A stretch of 64,000 nt of DNA from Candidatus Aenigmatarchaeota archaeon. GTDB taxonomy: Archaea > Aenigmatarchaeota > Aenigmatarchaeia > QMZP01 > QMZT01. Shown piece after piece: positions 54,901 to 63,900 of this stretch (position 1 is its first letter; each line of letters starts with the position of its first letter). The stretch is taken from assembly GCA_963726265.1 (NCBI GenBank), contig CAVSBQ010000002.1:704001-768000 (forward strand), read 5' to 3'. A program made the translations under genes and the position numbers. A model generated the notes under the pieces. It ran no database searches and had not been told where the DNA came from. It saw only the letters and a program-made list of their open reading frames with translations.

Positions 54901-57900
54901 CAAGGTCACGCCGCCACAGGACGGCTGGACCAGGCTCTACAACTACACCGTGCTGATCAACGACGCCGACTCCGACACCGTCAACTGCTCCTTGTACATC
55001 AACAAGTCCGACGGCCAGGGCTGGCTATACAAGGGCTCCAACTTCCTCTACAATGCAAGCGGCATAGTGAACAGGAACTGTTCCGTCACCGTCCATGACT
55101 TCACGGGCGACGACATCGGCAACAACTCCTTCCGCTTCCTCATCAACGACAGCGAACCAGCGAACGTCCACTACACGTCCGTCGCGTATGGCCCGTATCT
55201 CGAGGAGGCGAACACATCAGTATTCCATGGTTACGGCAACATGAGCACCATAAACATATCCGATGCCCTCGCCAACTACACGGGCCTGCTTTCGGTCAGG
55301 GTAAACGATACCGATAACGTAAGCGCGGCGCCAAACGTGAATGTCACGTTCTGGGTTTATTATAACTCGACCACAATCGCTTCAGGCGTGGTTAACAAGA
55401 CGAACTCGACGGGACACGCAAATTATTATTTCAACCCCGACTGCAACTATTCCGCCGGCAACTGGCAGTGGTCTGCAGGGGTCACGGATAATTATTACGA
55501 GGACAAGAACACGACGACGTTCAACGTCACCCTCAAGGAATATATGAATATAAACATACTTTCGCCCCTCGGAAGCGAGCACATCAAGGGCAGCAACATA
55601 ACCATACGCTTCCTTCTGAACGACTCATGCGGCAGGAACATAACCGGAGTGTCCGACATAAACATAACGATGAGGAGCGTGCTCACCGGCATTGTTTTCA
55701 ACTGCACCAATCCTGTCGCGGAAGGCAACGGCTATTACAACTGCACCTTCAACACTTCGCAGAACCCGAGCCCGATGTCCGTGAGGGGATATGACATGGA
55801 GATAGTTTCCGCCAAGCAGTATTACCATCGCCAGAACAATAGCATAAGCTATGCGGCAGGCTCTTCCGGCTTCTTCATAGAAACGGCCCCCCTGCTCGAG
55901 CAGCCCAAACTCAACACCAGCGGCTACGACGGCAACACGGGCGAGAACGGCTCCTGGTCGGAGGAAAGGAACTTCACGGTAAACGTCACCGACGAGGATG
56001 GGGATCAGGTCACAGTAAACCTGTTCAAGAGCCAGTATAACAACGTTTCCGGCTGGGGAGCATGGGAACTGGTGGACACGAAGTTCTTCTCCGATACAAA
56101 TAAGACAAGGGTAACCTTCACGGAAGGGACCTCGGTGTACAACGCACTCGTCCATCTCGGGGTGTGGAAATACAAGTTCAACGCGACCGATGAGGCCACG
56201 AACCCGAACCCGCTGGGAGGAAACACATACTCTCATGAAATAAGCGGCTCAAATTACACGGTGGAAAAGGACGACATGAGCATAACGTACGTTTCAGGCA
56301 GCGGAGGAAGCACATGGAGGAACGGGACAGACAGCAGGATACTTTCAGTGCAGGTAACATCGATCGACCAGAACAGGAACCTTTCGCAGGAAGAGGCCAT
56401 TGCAGTGGTCTGGATTACAAAGAACGGGACAAACTACCAGAATGTCACATCTTTCGAGAGCCAGGACGCCTACAAGACGATGGAGGGCGGCTTCGTGAAC
56501 TACACCCTTGAGCCCGACTGCACTTACAACGTGGGCGTCCAGTACTGGAAGATAGGCATAGTAAACAACCCCAAGTTCAAGGACACCAACGTCACAGGGG
56601 TTTACAACGCTACCATAAACGCCTACCTCAACGGCACAATCATAACGCCTGACGCAGGGGTTTACAGGAGGGCATCTGACGTGAACGTGCCTTTCAACTT
56701 ATCGGTTTTCGATGACTGCAACCGCGGCGTCGACGGCCTTGACAGCACCAACATAACGGTGAAGACCTCAGGAGATCCCCCGAAGTCCAACCTCACTATA
56801 ACCGCTTACGGGAATGGCTCTTATTTCAACAACTGGAGCACGATGACCATATTTACCCTTGGCCTTTACAACATGACTTTCAGGGCAACCGAGCAGTATT
56901 ACACGAGCCTGTATCTCTTCAGGGAGAACGCCTTCAGGCTGGCGACGGCGCCGGAAGTGGAGAACTATGCCCCCTTCATAGATGTTGACAATGACTACGG
57001 CTGGGGGGAGAATTTCAATTTCATAATGAGGTGCAGGAAAGCGGACAGCTTCCCCTTCAACGTGAGCCTGTGGTTCAGGAAAAACCAGACAGCTGACTGG
57101 CAGCTGCTGGAGACGAATGAATGCACTTCGTCAGGAACGACGTGGAATACCTCCGTGTCGCAGGAGCACTTCTCGGACACGTATTTCTCATGCCAGGACA
57201 TAACGCCGTCCCTGGGTAACGCGTCATACAAGTTCAACGCCACCGATGCGTTCGGCTTCACGGCGGAGGCGCCGGCGCTCAACTTCACCATCATCAGGGA
57301 CGACGTCAACGTCTATTACGACAATCAGGGCTCAGGCATAACCATAAACAGGGAGGGCTCCGAGACCGGCCTGCTGCGCGTCAAGGTCAACGATTCCGAC
57401 AGGGGCAACGTTGGAGTCGGAGAGAATGTTTCAGGAGCATTTTTCGTCACCCTTGACGGTTCTTCTTACGGAACCGTTCATCCAAACACCACAACCTCCG
57501 ATTCCAAGCTGGGCATTGATTTTGAACCCAACTGCAGCCACGGCTACGGAACGCAGAAATGGAGGGGCGGGACATGGAACGACGCCTGCTACAAGGACAA
57601 GAACACCAGCCAGGAATATTCCATGACGGTGAGAGGCCAGCTCAAGAACAACATCCAGCGGCCCAACTGGACCAGCGGCCAGCCGTCGTTCAACGTCACA
57701 GACCAGATATTGCTGAGGCTCAACGCCACGTCCGACTGTCCATCGGAAGGGGCGATAGCATCAACGGACGTTGACCTCTACCTCAACGCCCCGAACGGAA
57801 GCGTATACTCCTACACCCAGATGAACAACGAAACGTCCGTGCCCGGATGGTACAACTACACCTGGGACTCCAGCGACATGCCCGAGGGAAATTGGACGCT

Positions 57901-60900
57901 CGTGCTTAATTCATCGAGGCAGTATTTCCTGCCTAACACGACGACTCTTACCAACTGGTTCTGGCTCGAGAACAAGAACGCGACCGAAGCCGACCTCAAG
58001 GTCACGCCAGCCCAGGACGGCTGGACCAGGCTCTACAACTACACCGTCCTGGTCAACGACGCCGACTCCGACGTAGTCAACTGCTCACTTTACATCAACA
58101 AGTCCGACGGCCAGGGATGGATATACAAGGGCTCCAACATCCTCTACAACTCAACAGGCATAGTGAACAGGAACTGTTCGGTGGCGGTACACGACTTCAC
58201 GGGCGACGACATCGGCAACAACTCCTTCCGCTTCCTCATCAACGACAGCGAACCCGCGAACGTCCACTACACCTCAACAGCGTATGGCCCGTATCTTGAA
58301 GAAGCGAACGTCACGATACTTTACATCGCAGGCAACAACTCATACGTAAACATAAGCAATTCGAATCCAGACAACGCCATTTCACTCGTGCTGAGAGTCA
58401 ACGACACGGATAATTCGTCATACCCTTCGGGCGTCAACGCTACCATATGGGTCATGTTCAACGAGAGCGCATGGGACAGCGGCAACTTTTCCCAGACGGC
58501 GAACGGCTACATAAACTACACCTTCGACCCTAACTGCAGCTATAAGCCGGGCACAAGGCCATGGAATGGCGGGACGACAGACAATTATTATGACGACAGG
58601 AATTACACCGGCAACCTGACCATACGCGTCATAGGCGACCTGAACAACACCTTAATCTCACCGCTCAGTTCCATGGGCGCTTCCTCACAATACCTGCCGC
58701 GGCTCGAACGTGACAATAAGGGTGCGGCTGAGGGATTTGTGCGGCAACAACATCACGGGCGCCGCCTCCAACATAACTCTCAGGATGATGCATAACGACA
58801 CGGGCCAGCAGTTCAACTGCACCGGCATACTCGAGGAAGGCAACGGCACCTACAACTGCACCTTCAACACGTCCGGCATGCCCGCGAAATTCTACCACAT
58901 AAACATGTTCTCCAACAGGAGCTATTACAATCCCGACAACGACACTGCGAACCTCGCCTTCTTCATAGACACAGCGCCCGTGCTTTCCGGCTGGTCGCTC
59001 ATGCCTTCGGGGGACGGCGGCTGGGGCGAAGAATACACGTTCATGGTCAACGTGAGCGACGAGGACGGCGACATCATGGAGGTCTGCGCCTACGCCAACA
59101 AGAGCAACACGTGGGGCAGTGCCGGCTGCAACCTGACGGTCGCTGGCATTAACCAGACGGTCATATTCATAAAGGCCAGCGACACGTATTTCCACAGCGG
59201 CGACATAGGTCCTGCGGAATACAAGTTCAACGTCACGGACAGCGGGAACAACCCCTACGTCGGCGGCTCGCAATACTCGGACCAGACACCTGTCACGCCT
59301 TTCACGGTAGCAGGAGACGACGTGTTCATCAATGTCACGCTGGGCAACAACAGCGTTGTCAACAGGACCAGTCCCGACTTCCTCTGGGAAGTCAAGATGT
59401 ACGACACGGACCTGGAACCCGACGAGGAAGTATACGCCGGGACCGAAGGCATGTTCTATTACACGAAGAACATATCGAGCGGCTTGTGGTACCAGTCGGA
59501 GGTAAAAACCACAAGCGGCGGCGCCAGCGCCGGCATAATCAGGTTCAGGGACGAGGATCCTGAGGCGGAATTCTACGACTGCTCCTTCGTGATAGGCCCG
59601 CAAATGTGGAAGGCCGGCTTAATAACGAGCGACATATACAAGCCGATAAATTCATCGGTAGCCAACTGGAGCATGATCACCACCAACATAACCGCCGTGC
59701 AGCTAGACCCGGACGGCATATCGAGGGTCAGGGGCGTCGACAGCATAGTGTTCCGCGCGAACGTGACGGACGACTGCGGCGCGCTGGCCGGAGCGACTGT
59801 CACTTTCAACGTGCTTCAGCAGGGAAGCGAGGCCGTGAAGGAAGCGTGCTCAGGCACGCTTTACCAGGGGAACGGGATATACAACTGCACGATGACGGCC
59901 GGGACGCATTCGTCATGGAACACCGGCTGGTATAACGCGACGACCGTTGCCGGCAAAACTTACTATAACGGGACCACCTACAAGAAAAACAGCTCCTTCT
60001 ACTTGGCCACGGTGCCGGTCATAGGGAGCACGGCTGCCCAGGCGGCTTCGGGCTCGTCCGGCGGATGGGGCGAGTCATGGAGCTTCCTTGTCAACAACCT
60101 CCAGGACCTGGACGGGGGCTGGATGAACGTATCGCTGTGGGCGAATCTCACGGGAAGCTGGGAATATCTTAACAGCACCAACACGACCGCGACGTCGTTC
60201 CTGAGCTTTACCGGCCATTCAGTTTAACTGCTCGGATTTGCTCGGCCAGACCTCCAGCCAGAAGCAGTACAACATAACCGCGATAGACGAATGGAACTAC
60301 AGGGACGAGGACGTGCAGGCCTTCACGCTTGCTCAGGGACGACACCCAGACATATTACATAGAAGGCTCCAGCACGACGGTCCCAATATACAGGGAAGGC
60401 GCGAACACAAGGCTGCTCAAGGCCAGGATAAACGACAGCGACAGGAACGACCTCGGCCTTGGCGGCGGCGTGAAAGGCGCTTTCAGGATGATGACCAACT
60501 TTACAAACGACACCTATCCCGGTGCTTTCATATTCATAAACATGACAACGACCGATGCCGACGGGAACCTTTCATACACTTTCGATCCCAACTGCACTTT
60601 CAGCGTTGGTCTTCTCAAGATGGTATGCGGGTTCTTACAATGACACTTGTTATGACGATGATTTATTCTACATGGGGCAGCAGGGTACTGGTATACGGCC
60701 AGCTCAAGAACAACATTCAGCAGCCCAACTGGACCAGCGGCCAGCCCGTCGTCGCCGTAGGCAACAACGTAACCATAAGGTTCAACGTCTCGACCGACTG
60801 CGGCAACGAGGGCCTCCAGACCGGCCTTTCGAACGCCACCATACGACTCAGGTCGCCGACGGGTGTATGGGAACACTGCAACTCGACGCAATACGTCTTC

Positions 60901-63900
60901 GACGAGGGCAACGGCTATTATAACTGCACCTGGGACACGTTCCTACACCAGGGAGGCAACTGGTCCATAGAGATAAACACGTCCAAAGGCAATTATTCAT
61001 CCAACAGCACGCTGCTAGTGAACTACATCTACCTGAACAACACGCCGCCCGCCTATGGCAATCTTTCAGTGACGCCGGGCGAGGATGGCTGGGGCGTGGT
61101 CTTCAATTACAGCGTCGACGTATGGGACCCACAGACGGACAACGTCACATGCAAGCTTTTCGTCAGGACCAATAATTACGACAAGACATGGGTGCTCAAG
61201 AACTCGACTCTTATCATAGGCGGCAGGGGTAAGTGCTCGCTCACGGTAAGCGATTTCGACTGCCTCGACATCGGCAACGACAGCGTCAACAGGTTCATGT
61301 TCGAGCTCTACGACGGCACCAACATCCTCCCCACGTCCAACGTTTCCGCGCCCAACATCACGGCCAACAGCGTCAGTATATCATATTATTACGGCAATAT
61401 GTCCCTGCTCAACAGGTCCAACGCAGAACCGGAGCATTCAGCGTTTCTCGCGGTATTCGTGAACGATACGGACAGGAACGAGTCTGCTCCGGCAAACGTG
61501 GACGTGACTTTCTGGATAACGCTTAACGCATCGAACCCGTCCAGCTGGGATGACGGCAACCTCACGGAGACCAACTCATCCGGCTTTGCCAACGTGACCT
61601 TCAACCCGGAGTGCAGCCCTTTCTACACGGTCGGCAACCATTCGTGGAAGGCAGGGACGACTGACGGATGCTACCAGAAACTGAATACAAGCGAGGAGCT
61701 CAACCTCACGATACGCGGGACCCTTGTGCCGCAGATAATATACATGCTTCCGCCTTCTCCGGGCCTGGGGGATGAAATCCTGAGAGGCGAGAACATCACG
61801 CAGCAGGTCTACGTGGACAGCGACTGCGAGGGCGATGCCGTCAATGACGCCAATGTCAGCATGGGTTTCACCAACGAGAACGGGGATTTCTACGGCTGCG
61901 CTCCCCGTTTACAGGATAGTCTCTCCCGGCGTCTACGAATGCGAGAGGAACACGACAGACATGCGCGCCAGATGGTACAACACGAGCACGAATTCCACCA
62001 GGGAGCTTTACAACATGAACGCCACGATGCTCGCCGACCACTTCTTCATAAAGACCATGCCGGTGCTGTCGTCGCCCAACATAACCAAAGACCCGGCCGG
62101 CTGGGGCGAGGCCAGAAACTTCACAGTGAACGTCACGGACGAGGACCTCGACAACGTCTCGATCCAGCTTTACGCGAGATGCGTATCGACCGTATTCGGA
62201 AGCTGCCCCGGCATATATAGCGACAGTGACTGGCATTTCGAAAACGAGCAGACGCTCACGTCCCCAATAAATGCGACAGCGTACATCAGCCTCGGCAGCA
62301 ATTTCTACGGCGTAGGCTGCCCGACCAGGGGCAACTGGAGCTACAGGTTCAATGCAACGGACATCCCCCATGACTACAAGGACGCGACCCAGCCTGCGAA
62401 TTTCAGCGTCGAGAGGGACGACGTGATATTCGAGCCATTCGCCGGCTACAACAACCCGATGGCATGGAGGAACGGGACGAATTCGACGCTCCTCAGCGTG
62501 AGGGTATATGACAACGACAGCGGAGAGTATGCAGGTTCCGGCAACGCGACCGTGTGGGTGACCAAAAACGCGTCCAATCCCGTGTCATGGGACGTGGGCA
62601 AATTCATAGGCATAAACGGCAGCGGCTACATAAACTACAACTTCCTTGACGAAGGGGAGATGCCGATGCACGAATGCAATTACACGGTCGGCAGGCACAA
62701 CTGGACCGCGGGCGTCGGCGGCATAAGCGAGGACATCTGCTACAAGACGGCCAACTCTTCAATATATAATCTAACCATGTGGGGCGAGCTGAGGCCGAGG
62801 GTCACTTACCCGACAGGCCTCAAGGGCTTCCTCGTCGGCGACCAGATAAACATAACCGGCTACGTCGAGGACGACTGCTCATACAGGACAGGCCTCGGCA
62901 TCGAGGGCGTGGACCTGGACCCGGCTTCGCCGTCGCAGAGATACATGATAAGGGGCGAGTCGGGAACGCCAACGCGTTACTGCACCGCCAATTGGCAGGA
63001 GGGGAGCGGATACTACAACTGCACGTGGGATTCCACAAGCCAACTGAGGATTAACTGGAACATAACGATGAGCGTGAACAAGACGTATTACGCCCCCAAC
63101 TCGACGATGGAAGGCAGGGCATTCCACCTGGGAACCGCCCCGCTCGTATCAACCCCCACGGTCCAGCCTGCATCAGAAGGATGGGGCTACAGGTTCACCT
63201 TCAACGTCTATTTCACCGACTCGGATAACGATGTGAACAATGTGTCGTTATGGAAGAGCTTCAACAACGCCACATGGGATTTCGTCAATTCGACGCAGAT
63301 AGCATCTTCCGGGATAACCCTTACGTTCTACCAGAGATTCACCTGCAGCGATTCGCAGCAGACGCCCGGCAGGCTGAACTACTTCAAGTTCAACACGACC
63401 GACCCGTTCAACTACACGTCCGAGACGACGTCTTCGACGTTCAACGTCACGGAGGACAGCGTCACTCTCACGCTTAACAACTCTGCGAGCACCGACACGG
63501 TAAGGAGGATGGGCAGCAACAATGCACTGCTCAAGTACAGGATAAAGGATGACGATTACAGCCAGTCCGGCAACGCGACATACCCGAGCGGCGTGGCGGC
63601 TCTGGTATGGATAACCAGCAACGGCACCGCATATTCCAATGTTAAAACCTGCACGTCAAGCAGCGGCCACTGCGAAGTAAATTACGATCCTAACTGTTCG
63701 ACCTCGCTTGCAGGCGTGCAGCGCTGGAAAGGAGGAACCAACGACACTTGTTACGAATATGAAAACTCCACCAACAGGTCACTCGAGGTCATAGGGCAGC
63801 TCAACGTTTCCATCGTGAACCCCGTGGCGAACATCATACTCAACAGAAACACGACCGTCGCGTTCAACGCGTCCGTATACGACGAATGCAACCTCGGCAT

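Noticed and set aside
51746..58310. Diversity-generating retroelement template/variable repeats
   Set aside because: Differences among the copies are not adenine-specific, all copies are in-frame coding sequence, and no reverse transcriptase is in the window.
33950..61930. Programmed frameshifting or phase variation at the breaks in the giant gene
   Set aside because: No shared slippery motif or simple-sequence tract is present. Similar single-base indels hit unrelated genes (MbhI-like at ~15160, the vWA gene at ~19320, ~27575), which points to consensus errors. Read mapping would settle it.
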